64,000 nucleotides of DNA. It comes from Acutalibacter sp. Lineage in GTDB: Bacteria > Bacillota > Clostridia > Oscillospirales > Acutalibacteraceae. How positions within the stretch are numbered: position 1 is the stretch's first letter; each line of letters starts with the position of its first letter. The DNA is taken from contig JAFLRP010000128.1 in the NCBI GenBank assembly GCA_022511515.1, positions 3,851-67,850 of the forward strand, given 5' to 3'. A program made the translations under genes and the position numbers. The notes below the pieces were generated by a model that saw only the letters and a program-made list of their open reading frames with translations, was not told where the DNA came from and made no database searches. This document shows, in pieces, positions 17,895 to 27,025 of this stretch.

Positions 17895-17977
17895 CGGATC
17901 ACTGTCCTCCCGATTGCTTCAAGATAGAAATACTTACGGGGGAGGCTTTGTCCCGTATGTTTGAATGGGAGAAAATT

Positions 17978-18919
17978 TTACGCATCGTGCGAATCCCCCT
18001 TTTCTACTCCGGCCAGATAAATGCGCGTCACATCCAATCGCTCGTGCCCCAGCCACTTGGAAACCTGAAGGCGAGCGTGATTGTCGCTGAAACCCTGCCG
18101 AATCAGAGATTTGTACCACTCCGCCGCACAGGTATGCCTGAGACCGTGAAAGGTCAGCGGACTTGTAGAGTCGGGATCTCGAATCTCCTCCCGATGTACT
18201 GAAATGAAATTCTGCAACTCTCGGATGGCAATGTGGGTATCCTTGCCCTCTGGAACAAAAAGTTTCTGCCCCTGCGGGGTATGGTGCAGAGCGTTTTTCA
18301 GTGTCGTCTTGACCTTTTTGTTGATCGGAATCTCCCGGACTTTTCCGCCTTTTCCTTTGACGGTGATAATCCCGGAGCGCAAAGCCAACCGCGCCGCTGC
18401 GGTGTCGAGCCTCATGCACTCGTGAATTCGCAGCCCGGCGTACCGTGCCATTTTGGCGCAGCCGAGATACTCGTAGTGCTTTCTTTCCTGGCATAAGTCC
18501 AGTAGCTTGACAAATTCCGTCTCACTCCATGTACGGTTCACGCCCCCAAAGCTACGGCGCTCTAACTGGAATTCGTCGTTGCCCGGCACTTCATACCGGG
18601 CGCCTGGGATTTTGTCGTGCCAAAAACGGATCGCTGCCAAATCGGTCTTGATCGTGCTCGCAGCCAGTCCCTTTTCTTGCATTTGGGCGATGTATGCGGA
18701 AAGGTGTCTGCCGGAGAGATTGGAGAGCTTTTGCACTCCGTAGTTTTCTCCGACAAATTTCAGAAAGCGGCAGTAAGCTTCAAAGTACCGCTCCTTTGTC
18801 TTGAAGCTGCCCTGACGGTTGTGCCGGAACAGCTTCTTGGCTTGCTCATAAAGCGTCTGATATCTGTTGCTGATAAAGGTACCTCCTTTTTGATTATGGC
18901 GCACTTTCCCCAGTGACAC
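17978..18919 (-). CDS. tyrosine-type site-specific recombinase/integrase
   Basis: ARYAGLRIHECMRL (Arg I), HGLRHTCAAEW (H-x-x-R) and LGHERLDVTRIYL (His, Tyr nucleophile) are present. Confidence 0.88.
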   Translation of the reverse strand: MSLGKVRHNQKGGTFISNRYQTLYEQAKKLFRHNRQGSFKTKERYFEAYCRFLKFVGENYGVQKLSNLSGRHLSAYIAQMQEKGLAASTIKTDLAAIRFWHDKIPGARYEVPGNDEFQLERRSFGGVNRTWSETEFVKLLDLCQERKHYEYLGCAKMARYAGLRIHECMRLDTAAARLALRSGIITVKGKGGKVREIPINKKVKTTLKNALHHTPQGQKLFVPEGKDTHIAIRELQNFISVHREEIRDPDSTSPLTFHGLRHTCAAEWYKSLIRQGFSDNHARLQVSKWLGHERLDVTRIYLAGVEKGDSHDA

Positions 18920-19755
18920 CGGGACGCCGTTTCCGCCCGGTTTCTGCCGCTGCCCGTTCTGAAATCAGAGGATTTCCCGCTGCTTTTCAGTTGTTTTTCG
19001 GCTCTATCTCTGTCATGACCACCCGGGCGATGTGAAATTGTGAGCTGTTCAGTAAGTACCCCGCCGGGACTTGAAAAAGCCCCTGACCTGTGCGGTCTGC
19101 GGACAGCGCAGCCGGGTGAACCCGGTGATGGGGTGCGCCTTGATGTCCCCTTCGGCGGAAAGGGGACAGGTGGTGATTGCGGACCGAAGCCGCCGCTTCG
19201 GTGCGGATCTGCTGCCAAACAGACCCTATTGATTTTCCGTCCGTCGCGCCTCGCCTGGCACGCAGGGACTTCTTCATAGAAAAGATTTTCATTACTTATC
19301 ACTCCATTCGATTTCTTTCCCGTTCCGAATTGGCAGTTCGGAACACTCGGGACACATAGCAACGCCCCGTACTTCTCAAAAGCACAGGGGCGTTTTTGCG
19401 GAAACTGCACCGTCGTCTGCGAAAATGCGATTCCCTTTCCCACAACAGGCAAGGCGACAGGAGTTTTTCTCGGGTCTAACGATGCGGACGGAGACTCAGA
19501 TTGGCCGGGGAGCGAAAAGGAAACATTCCAGAGGGCGATCCAGTGCCGTGGGTTTCTGCTTTCAGTTCTTGCCGCCAAAAGGCAATTTCATCCGCATATC
19601 ATATCCACTTCTTTCTGCGCAGAAAACAAATTTTGCATTTCCACGCAGCACTTTAGAAAAACAAAAAAGCGCCAGTATCCTGCCGCCAAGGCATAGGTAT
19701 ACTAACGCTTATCTACTAACTTACATGGGCTGCGCAAAAGACACTTCGTGCCTTC

Positions 19756-19841
19756 CTGAAAAAGCCTGCGGCTTTTTCTCATGCAAAACATCTCCTCAGG
19801 ATACTCCGCATTTCTCTGAAAAGCCATGCAGCCTTTTCTCA
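19756..19841 (+). repeat. two 26-nt related inverted-repeat units exactly 60 bp apart
   Basis: CTGAAAAAGCCTGCGGCTTTTTCTCA (19756..19781) and CTGAAAAGCCATGCAGCCTTTTCTCA (19816..19841) share 21/26 positions. The first has a perfect 9-bp dyad GAAAAAGCC/GGCTTTTTC. Confidence 0.5.
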
Positions 19842-20019
19842 GGACGAATGTGCCTCCGCCCTTGCGAGGGGCTTGCGTAATCGCGGTTTTACAATGTCAT
19901 TATAGCAATCGGTTGTTTTTCCGTCAACAAAAATCGTTCGACACAAAATGACTGATCTAGGCTAATGAGGAATTTATGTCTGTATGATTTCATGTAAGAA
20001 CTCGTTTAATCCAATGTTT

Positions 20020-22950
20020 TTATTCCTCAAATTCGCTGAAAGCTTTTATCTGTGTCGAGCCTTGTTCCGTGGGGACGTGAATTGGCGGAGGAACAATTCC
20101 TGAGGAGAAAGCCTGTGCTGTCTTTGGGCAGACACGTCTCACGTCACAATTATCGCACTTCTCTCGACAGGGCCGCATCGGAAAATCATTATCAAGTATG
20201 CAGTCAACTGCCCAGCTAATATTTTCAATTGCTGCTGAAACTGCGGTATCATTAACCGGGATGTTTATTCGGGCGCTTGGACCGCTTTCTTTCAGCAAAT
20301 GGACCGAACCGGTTTTTGCATCTTCTCCTAGAACCTGATTAGCCGCATATGCATATAATTGTACCTGTAAGGACAAATCAATCCAGTCATTGGGAGTATC
20401 ATCGTCTGGGGCATCTAGCGACTTAAAGTCAATAACATGAGAATCGACAATATTACCATGTTCATCGCGTTTGAGTAATAAATCAATGGCACCGGAAACC
20501 ATAGCTTGTCCTATAGTTATCTCAAATCTCGCTTCGTCCTCACGCAATCGCTCAAAATCTGGTGAAAAAGCTGATACATAATTTTGTGCAATTTCCAATG
20601 CACTATTGTATGCCCGTTCATAGGGACCAAGACGCTGAGTTGGATCATTGCTCGGGAAAATGTGCTTAAGATGGAATGTCGATTCAACCAAGGCTGCCAC
20701 TTCTTGCTGTGAGGGGACACTGTCTGGATGCTGCTGGTGTAGACGTTCAATAATGGTGTGCGTTGTAAGACCAAAACCGAACAATTCCGGGACGGCCGGA
20801 TTAAAACCAAATAGCTTCTTCAATTTATATCCCATTGGGCAAACAAGATATTCCTTTATATCTGAATAACTTGTCGGCAGGATCGTTTCATCAATTCTAC
20901 GCTTTTGAACGATATACTCAATATTTTTCGGTAATGCTGGATCAGATGGTACTCCTAAATTATCAATTCTTCTCTTAAAATCAGAGGGAGTCTTAGGTTT
21001 TTGTGCATCAGGTTGCTGGGCTGCACCTGTAATGTATAAGAATCGTTCTGCGCGGGTCATGGCAGTATAAAAGAGTCGCGCTTCATCCTGACGGGTTGTA
21101 CAGTAGGCACCGCGGTCAATCGGGTCAGTCATTAGGGCTGCCGGCAACCAGCCGGAATATGTGCTTCTATCTGATGGGAAACGCCGATTGACAACATCGA
21201 CAATAAATACGACCGGGTACTCCAAGCCTTTCATTTTGTGAATAGTAGAAATCGTGACGGCATCTGGCCGCGCCATCACATCTAAAGTGCTTACATCATA
21301 GCCTGTTTCCGCAACATTTGATAGGAAGTTTAGAATTTCTACATATCTGGATGGAGAATCAATGCTTACATAGACCTTCTCAACATCAAGTATTATTTTA
21401 CTAAACACACCCAAATCACGTAAAACCACATCATCAAAGTGAGATCTCTCTACTCCAAATGCATTTAGGATTTGGTGCAACAATTCTTGCGGATAGACCT
21501 TCCTCCTAGCACCACCAGCGGGAGTATGTATCAACAAGTTCCAATCTGAGATGACCCGTGATAATTTGGTAAAGTCTGCTCTTGGAAAACAATCAATGAT
21601 TTCACTGTCAAATAGTGAGCGCATCGCTTCTCTTGTTGGAGACGGCTCTCGCAATAATTCCATTGTATTGCGTATTGCAACAGCATGAGGCCGCTCAAAT
21701 ATTCCGCCCTCCGCTTCAAGGGTATATGGAATTCCGGCAGCTCTAAGCGCGTTTGAAAATTCAACGTGACGATGGGGAAGATTGTGCGGATTATAACTTC
21801 GCTTAATGGACCGAAATAGTATAGCAAAATCTGCCGGCGTTAATCCTCGTTCCTCACGAACGGTTCCGTCAGCATTATATTCTGTATATTTTGTGCCCAA
21901 TAAATCATGAATCCTTTGGGCCACCCACGATGCCTCTTCGTCCCTTGTTGTAAACCACAAAGAACGAAAGTCTTGGATATTACCATCGCTATGTGAGGAT
22001 GGATTCTTAGTGTACCGGGCCGTGCTTAACTCTTGCTGGATAAATTGATCGGATGCTCTAACGATAGCAGTTGTACTTCGAAAATTGGTACTCAGTATAT
22101 GAATGCTGCTTTGGGGATAACGAGTTTGGAAACTCAAAATGTTGTTTACATCGGCTCCGCGCCATGCGTAAATTGATTGATCATCATCGCCAACAACCAT
22201 GAGTGTGTCTGAGCGATCACGCAGTTGGCGGATAAGGCGTTCCTGCATTGGATTAATATCTTGATATTCATCCACAAATATATGGCGTATGCCATGGAGT
22301 GCCTGATCTATCGCTGGGGAAGCTTGCTCCAATTTCTCAACTGCAAGACGAATCATAAGCGAAAAATCAATGTATTGATCATGATCCAAACTTGTATATA
22401 TTCTTTTCAGCAAGTTGCCAAGCGTTGCATTCTCATGCACTATGTCATCATAGTTCAATGCTTCATCGTTCGCTGTACTCCATGCACTTGAGACTTCACG
22501 TATTGTCGTAAACATTTTAGAATTTCGCTCTGCCCTAATAACACTGAGGCCAAGGGAACGATAACGGGACAGCAAGTACAGTTTTAAGCCATTTTCATCC
22601 AATACTTCAAATTGGCGATATCTAGCATCAACATTTCCTAGTAGATGCTGGCAATATGAATGTATTGTGCCAATATACATTGCTCCCACCAGTGTTTGGG
22701 GTAAGCCGAATTTAGATAGCGCCTCCGATACACGACGTTTAATTGATTCTGCAGCTTTGTCAGTAAATGTAAATGCTACGATTGAATCTGCCGGACACCC
22801 CGTGGCAATAAGGTAGGCTATCCTGAATGCTAATGTTCGCGATTTTCCAGATCCGGCACAAGCTAAACATAGGATATCACGATGGTCATCAAGGACAGCA
22901 AGCCGCTGCTCATCGGTTAAGTAGTGTTCCAAAACTTGCGTTATATCCAT
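20020..22950 (-). CDS. UvrD/Rep-family SF1 helicase fused to a C-terminal Cas4/AddB-type Fe-S PD-(D/E)xK nuclease
   Basis: The helicase motifs are ACAGSGKSRT (I), VDEYQD (II), VGDDDQSIYAWRGA (III), TIHKMKGLEYPVVF (V) and YTAMTRAERFLYI (VI). The nuclease part has GAIDLL, VIDFKS and QVQLYAYA. Cys at LVCPMGY plus CREKCDNCDVRRVC forms a four-Cys staple. Confidence 0.85.
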   Translation of the reverse strand: MDITQVLEHYLTDEQRLAVLDDHRDILCLACAGSGKSRTLAFRIAYLIATGCPADSIVAFTFTDKAAESIKRRVSEALSKFGLPQTLVGAMYIGTIHSYCQHLLGNVDARYRQFEVLDENGLKLYLLSRYRSLGLSVIRAERNSKMFTTIREVSSAWSTANDEALNYDDIVHENATLGNLLKRIYTSLDHDQYIDFSLMIRLAVEKLEQASPAIDQALHGIRHIFVDEYQDINPMQERLIRQLRDRSDTLMVVGDDDQSIYAWRGADVNNILSFQTRYPQSSIHILSTNFRSTTAIVRASDQFIQQELSTARYTKNPSSHSDGNIQDFRSLWFTTRDEEASWVAQRIHDLLGTKYTEYNADGTVREERGLTPADFAILFRSIKRSYNPHNLPHRHVEFSNALRAAGIPYTLEAEGGIFERPHAVAIRNTMELLREPSPTREAMRSLFDSEIIDCFPRADFTKLSRVISDWNLLIHTPAGGARRKVYPQELLHQILNAFGVERSHFDDVVLRDLGVFSKIILDVEKVYVSIDSPSRYVEILNFLSNVAETGYDVSTLDVMARPDAVTISTIHKMKGLEYPVVFIVDVVNRRFPSDRSTYSGWLPAALMTDPIDRGAYCTTRQDEARLFYTAMTRAERFLYITGAAQQPDAQKPKTPSDFKRRIDNLGVPSDPALPKNIEYIVQKRRIDETILPTSYSDIKEYLVCPMGYKLKKLFGFNPAVPELFGFGLTTHTIIERLHQQHPDSVPSQQEVAALVESTFHLKHIFPSNDPTQRLGPYERAYNSALEIAQNYVSAFSPDFERLREDEARFEITIGQAMVSGAIDLLLKRDEHGNIVDSHVIDFKSLDAPDDDTPNDWIDLSLQVQLYAYAANQVLGEDAKTGSVHLLKESGPSARINIPVNDTAVSAAIENISWAVDCILDNDFPMRPCREKCDNCDVRRVCPKTAQAFSSGIVPPPIHVPTEQGSTQIKAFSEFEE

Positions 22951-22968
22951 ACTATTCCCGCCTCCATC

Positions 22969-24402
22969 CTACTGCAAAAAATCAACGAGCTGCGATTTAA
23001 GATCTTCTACATTAGAAGTTTTTATGTCGCATTGCCATATGACAAGATATTGCCACCCTTTTTTTGTGCATTCATCATAATTTCGTTGATCTCTTGCAAC
23101 ATTACTTTGTATTTTTTCGGTCCAAAATTCCTTATTGGTTTCCGGCAAATGACCTCGTTTGCAATTATGCCCATGCCAAAAGCAACCATTAACAAATATG
23201 GCTTTTTTCCTCGAAGGAAAAACTATGTCAGGATGGCAACTAAGTTTCTTAGTTGAAAGACGATATCTATACCCAAGAATAGTCAACAACTTTCGAATAA
23301 ACAACTCTGGAGAGGTGTCTTTGTTTCTGACCCTTTTCATTATTTCAGAGCGCTTTTCCGAATCAAATATATCAGACATAAACACCTCGTCTAACTTTTG
23401 GCGTATTTGGACACTTTGAGCAGAGCAAAAAATCGGAGGCAAAGCGTTGCCAATCATCAGTGCTAAGTTTGTAAGGGGAATGTCTTCAGGGAAAATATAA
23501 TTTTTCCTAAACGTTTGCAATAGAGCAGCCTCTCTGGCCGTAATGCATCTGTTTTCCACAGGATGAAGGAATCGACCTTTAGATGGGTTTAGACATCCGC
23601 CAGTAATGGTTGATGAGACGTCATTCCAACGAAGTCTCCCATATACATCATTAAACCCGACCCCCTCTTTGCGATGGCACTCAAGAGTATATGCATCTGG
23701 AAGATCGCATCGGCTCCCGCCATCAATAGGAATAAGCCGTATTCTTTCCATAACCGCTTCTGAATGATGTGGATACCGGCGATGAACCGGATCAGTGGTC
23801 TCATCAACACTCTGCATTTTTCCAATATAATCTTTAACCGTGTAAAGCTTTGAATTGCCATCTGCAATAGATATATTTCCCAAAAGCGACCCAGTCATGA
23901 CCAGTCGCTTCCTTCGCTGAGGAACCCCATAATTCGCAACATTTACTATCTTATATTGCGGATTGTATCCAAGTTTTTTTAATCGAGTAAACACCCGCTT
24001 AAATAGTGTGTAGTTTTCTATGCCCGGCACGTTTTCCAGCATGATGCAAAGTGGTTGCAATTCCTCAACCATCCTACAATATTCAAGGATAAGACTATTC
24101 CTTGGATCCTTTGATGATTTTTTTCTATTCTTTTTTCTCAGTGATGAAAAACCCTGACAAGGTGGACAGCCTGCCAATAAATGTAAGGGTTCTCCATTTA
24201 GCAACTGAAGGATCTCATCAGACTGCAGTTGTCGAATATCGGTTTCAAACAAGGTGACCCCATTTTGTTCATGGTTAGCGCGGTATGTCTTAGCAGCAAA
24301 ATTATCTATTTCAACAGCAGCGACAACATGAAAGCCAGCGTTTATTAGCCCTTCGGTCATACCACCACAACCTGAGAACAAATCAACAGCATTATATGGC
24401 AT
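22969..24402 (-). CDS. DNA (cytosine-5)-methyltransferase fused to a Vsr-type very-short-patch repair endonuclease
   Basis: The m5C motifs are DLFSGCGG (I), GCPPCQGFS (IV), ENV (VI), QRRKR (VIII) and GNALPP (X). The C-terminal ~140 aa SEKRSEIMKRVRNKDTSPE...PDIVFPSRKKAIFVNGCFWHGH is Vsr-like. It lies 18 nt upstream of the helicase-nuclease, with GGAGG in the gap. Confidence 0.85.
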   Translation of the reverse strand: MPYNAVDLFSGCGGMTEGLINAGFHVVAAVEIDNFAAKTYRANHEQNGVTLFETDIRQLQSDEILQLLNGEPLHLLAGCPPCQGFSSLRKKNRKKSSKDPRNSLILEYCRMVEELQPLCIMLENVPGIENYTLFKRVFTRLKKLGYNPQYKIVNVANYGVPQRRKRLVMTGSLLGNISIADGNSKLYTVKDYIGKMQSVDETTDPVHRRYPHHSEAVMERIRLIPIDGGSRCDLPDAYTLECHRKEGVGFNDVYGRLRWNDVSSTITGGCLNPSKGRFLHPVENRCITAREAALLQTFRKNYIFPEDIPLTNLALMIGNALPPIFCSAQSVQIRQKLDEVFMSDIFDSEKRSEIMKRVRNKDTSPELFIRKLLTILGYRYRLSTKKLSCHPDIVFPSRKKAIFVNGCFWHGHNCKRGHLPETNKEFWTEKIQSNVARDQRNYDECTKKGWQYLVIWQCDIKTSNVEDLKSQLVDFLQ

Positions 24403-24719
24403 GGTTTCACCTCCCCCCGTTTTTTTTACTTAGCGCAAAAATCAAAATAATTATACCACATCTATAGTCCAATGCATAGACTTTTTTGAATTATCTGAGT
24501 TATGGCGATTTTCAACCCTCTTTGCTACATTTAAGATGGGGATGGGTCGAGAAAGGAGGTCATTCTTCAACAGTGGTTCAATGTGGATAGGTTTTTGTGA
24601 AGCCAAAAATGCTATCCGAAAGCTAAAACGATTGGTATTACGGGATTATTAACAAGTTCCTTAAAAAAATCAATGTCCCTCTTGCTTTTTACAGCCCGTG
24701 AATAGGGCCCCTTTTGACC

Positions 24720-25775
24720 TTACAGTGGCCCCTTGTTATGCTTTCGCATGGCAAAAATAACAATAACCGCGGTGTAAAGCAGGACGACACTGAGTGGCAA
24801 AAATAAGGGAATGCCGTTTCCCAGCCAGAGCAGCAGTTTGCTCCCGCAGAGCAGTCCGCTGTGGGTGAAGGACAGGAACGGGGCGTTCCACAGCATGGGA
24901 ACGACTAAGACGCACAACCCGAGGAAAATCATATTGGAGACATTTTTGCCCCAAACGGAACAGCCGAACACCAAGGCGGCAAACAGCAGAGCGGCGGCGC
25001 TGCGATGGAGCAAGCTGAACAGGTATCCCTGCAAAAGGGAAACATCCAAAGTACATTCTGTCATGGCGCTGACAGAATAGATGGGGACATGGGGATCGTT
25101 CAGCCAGCCCCGTAGGGAAAACACGGCAAGTTCCAGTCCGCCGAAAATCAGAGCGGCCATGAGACTTGTCAGCAGCAGGGCAAAGAGCTTTGCCCTGAAA
25201 AGCCGCCCTCTCCCGTTTCTTGCAGACAGCAGTACGGGAAGCATTCCGGCAGAAACTTCCATAGAAAAGCACTGGGCACTGAGCAATAATAAACCGGCGA
25301 TCAGGAAAATATCCGGGAATTGCTGGAGCGTGAAAACCGTCTGCCAGCCGTATTCGTAACTGTAATGAGCGGGGGGCAATTCCGAGGATTGTTCCGAAAA
25401 CTGATCTGCTTTTTCATAGAAAATTTCCGTGGCGTTTTTGTGGAGATAGGCGAGGCTTAATTTCTCCATATAGGCAGACCATTCCTCCTCGGCCAATTCG
25501 CCCCGCCGGTACTGATCTTCCATAAATTCCTGGTTGTTGATGACCGCCTTGCAGTTTTCGTATTCCGCTGTGATCCACGCCGTTTTCTCCGGCGTGTTTT
25601 CCCCTTGAAGCTCCGCAAGGTACTTGTCGTACTGCTTTTGGGAAAGGGCGATTCGGGAATCCTTTATCTCCGGAAAACAGTCCAGAAACAATGCTTTTAG
25701 AAGTAGACACACCAGCAGAATGAGAAGTCCCTTTTGGGTAAGAAGTAGTTTCTTTAATTCGGAACGAAACAGCAT
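24720..25775 (-). CDS. ABC-2-type transporter permease-like membrane protein
   Basis: It has an N-terminal TM, a ~130-aa extracytoplasmic loop and five or more further TMs. It overlaps the upstream permease gene and follows an ABC ATPase gene. Confidence 0.6.
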   Translation of the reverse strand: MLFRSELKKLLLTQKGLLILLVCLLLKALFLDCFPEIKDSRIALSQKQYDKYLAELQGENTPEKTAWITAEYENCKAVINNQEFMEDQYRRGELAEEEWSAYMEKLSLAYLHKNATEIFYEKADQFSEQSSELPPAHYSYEYGWQTVFTLQQFPDIFLIAGLLLLSAQCFSMEVSAGMLPVLLSARNGRGRLFRAKLFALLLTSLMAALIFGGLELAVFSLRGWLNDPHVPIYSVSAMTECTLDVSLLQGYLFSLLHRSAAALLFAALVFGCSVWGKNVSNMIFLGLCVLVVPMLWNAPFLSFTHSGLLCGSKLLLWLGNGIPLFLPLSVVLLYTAVIVIFAMRKHNKGPL

Positions 25776-27025
25776 TATACCACCCGGTCTTTCCGATGGT
25801 ACACCTTAGTTGTAACAATTGCCATTGCCACTGCAAAGATGCTCCATACCAGCGCCAGCACCACAACCCATGGTACGGAAAAGCCGAAAATGTTCGCGTC
25901 ATAGTACCGCTCAAAAAACCGCAGAGGAGAAGATAGTACCAGCGGACCAGCCAGCCATTCCGTTCTCGGTGGAAAGTAGACCGGCAAAAGGAAAAGACCC
26001 AGCAGGAGCGCACCGATACCACAAGAAATGAAACTAGGGCGGCTGAAAGCCGAAACAGACGTTAAGATGGTAGAGAAAAGCATTGCCGTGAAAATCTGAC
26101 AGCAAATGGACAGTAGGAAATATTGCCAAACTTGTATTGAATACGGACACAGAATCAATTGCTCAATCGCTGTCACGGGTTGATCGAATCCTAAAGTACC
26201 CCCCTTAAAATAATATGCGAGTATCGAGAAGACTTGAAGAATCACAGTCAGCACCATGCCAATGAGCCAACCGGAAATGTACTTTGCCAGCAGAGTTTTT
26301 CCCTTACCGTACTTTGCGGTATGTAACAGTAACCAAGTGCGGCGATCATGTTCTCCTGCTACACTTCTGGAAGCAGTCAACAATAGTAGCAGGAATACCA
26401 GCAACATGGCGGGAGATTCAAAAAACAAATCTCCGCCATAACGAATGTAAGTAGTAATTGCTTGTCGGGGAATCGAGTATAGCTGCTCAATACTCTCATT
26501 TTTGCGGACGCCATAGATGTCTTTTTCTAACTCCGCCTCTTGTCGAAAAGATTCAGCCGATTTTAGAACGTTAGATATTTTCTGGTTTGCGGAAGAGTTG
26601 ATTTTTTCTAACATTTCAATATTGGTGAGATACTCATAGTCACTTAGATTGGCAAGCACCCCTGGAACCTGGCGTATTGCATCTGATTCCAGAAAGGTAT
26701 AGTCACTTAACACTGTTTCTCCGTATTTCTCTTTGAGAGCGGCTACGGCTTCAGCATGTTCTTCTTCTGACATAAATTCTATAGAGGCGGATACCTCGCT
26801 CATAATACGGGTAACATTACGTTCTCCGCCCACATATTCAAAAAAAGTTTCAATGTGAGTAGGAGCCTCGTCGCCGACAGAGCGCATGGCATACAAATAT
26901 CCCTGATATTCCGCAATTCCACATTGAGTCAGGAAATTCACTAAAATCGCAACACAGAATACCAGCAGAAAAAATCGGCTTCTCACGGCCTTCTTTAACT
27001 CAAAACAAACTAGAGTTCCCATCAT
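25775..27025 (-). CDS. ABC-2-type transporter permease-like membrane protein with large external loop
   Basis: It has the same topology as the neighbouring permease. It overlaps the ATPase gene by 4 nt. Confidence 0.6.
   Translation of the reverse strand: MMGTLVCFELKKAVRSRFFLLVFCVAILVNFLTQCGIAEYQGYLYAMRSVGDEAPTHIETFFEYVGGERNVTRIMSEVSASIEFMSEEEHAEAVAALKEKYGETVLSDYTFLESDAIRQVPGVLANLSDYEYLTNIEMLEKINSSANQKISNVLKSAESFRQEAELEKDIYGVRKNESIEQLYSIPRQAITTYIRYGGDLFFESPAMLLVFLLLLLTASRSVAGEHDRRTWLLLHTAKYGKGKTLLAKYISGWLIGMVLTVILQVFSILAYYFKGGTLGFDQPVTAIEQLILCPYSIQVWQYFLLSICCQIFTAMLFSTILTSVSAFSRPSFISCGIGALLLGLFLLPVYFPPRTEWLAGPLVLSSPLRFFERYYDANIFGFSVPWVVVLALVWSIFAVAMAIVTTKVYHRKDRVV

Noticed and set aside
18760-19578. 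A 272-aa minus-strand ORF lies upstream of, and overlaps, the integrase start.
   Set aside because: Its translation is rich in Arg, Pro, Ser and Gly, has no motifs and overlaps the integrase N-terminus. I treat the region as non-coding or decayed.
11500-24720. Direct repeats that would delimit the element mobilised by the tyrosine integrase.
   Set aside because: Comparing the 11.5, 17.3-17.7, 19.9 and 24.4-24.7 kb tracts by eye gave only short (7 nt or less) matches such as TACAGGT. These are not distinguishable from chance, and the question needs a computational repeat search.
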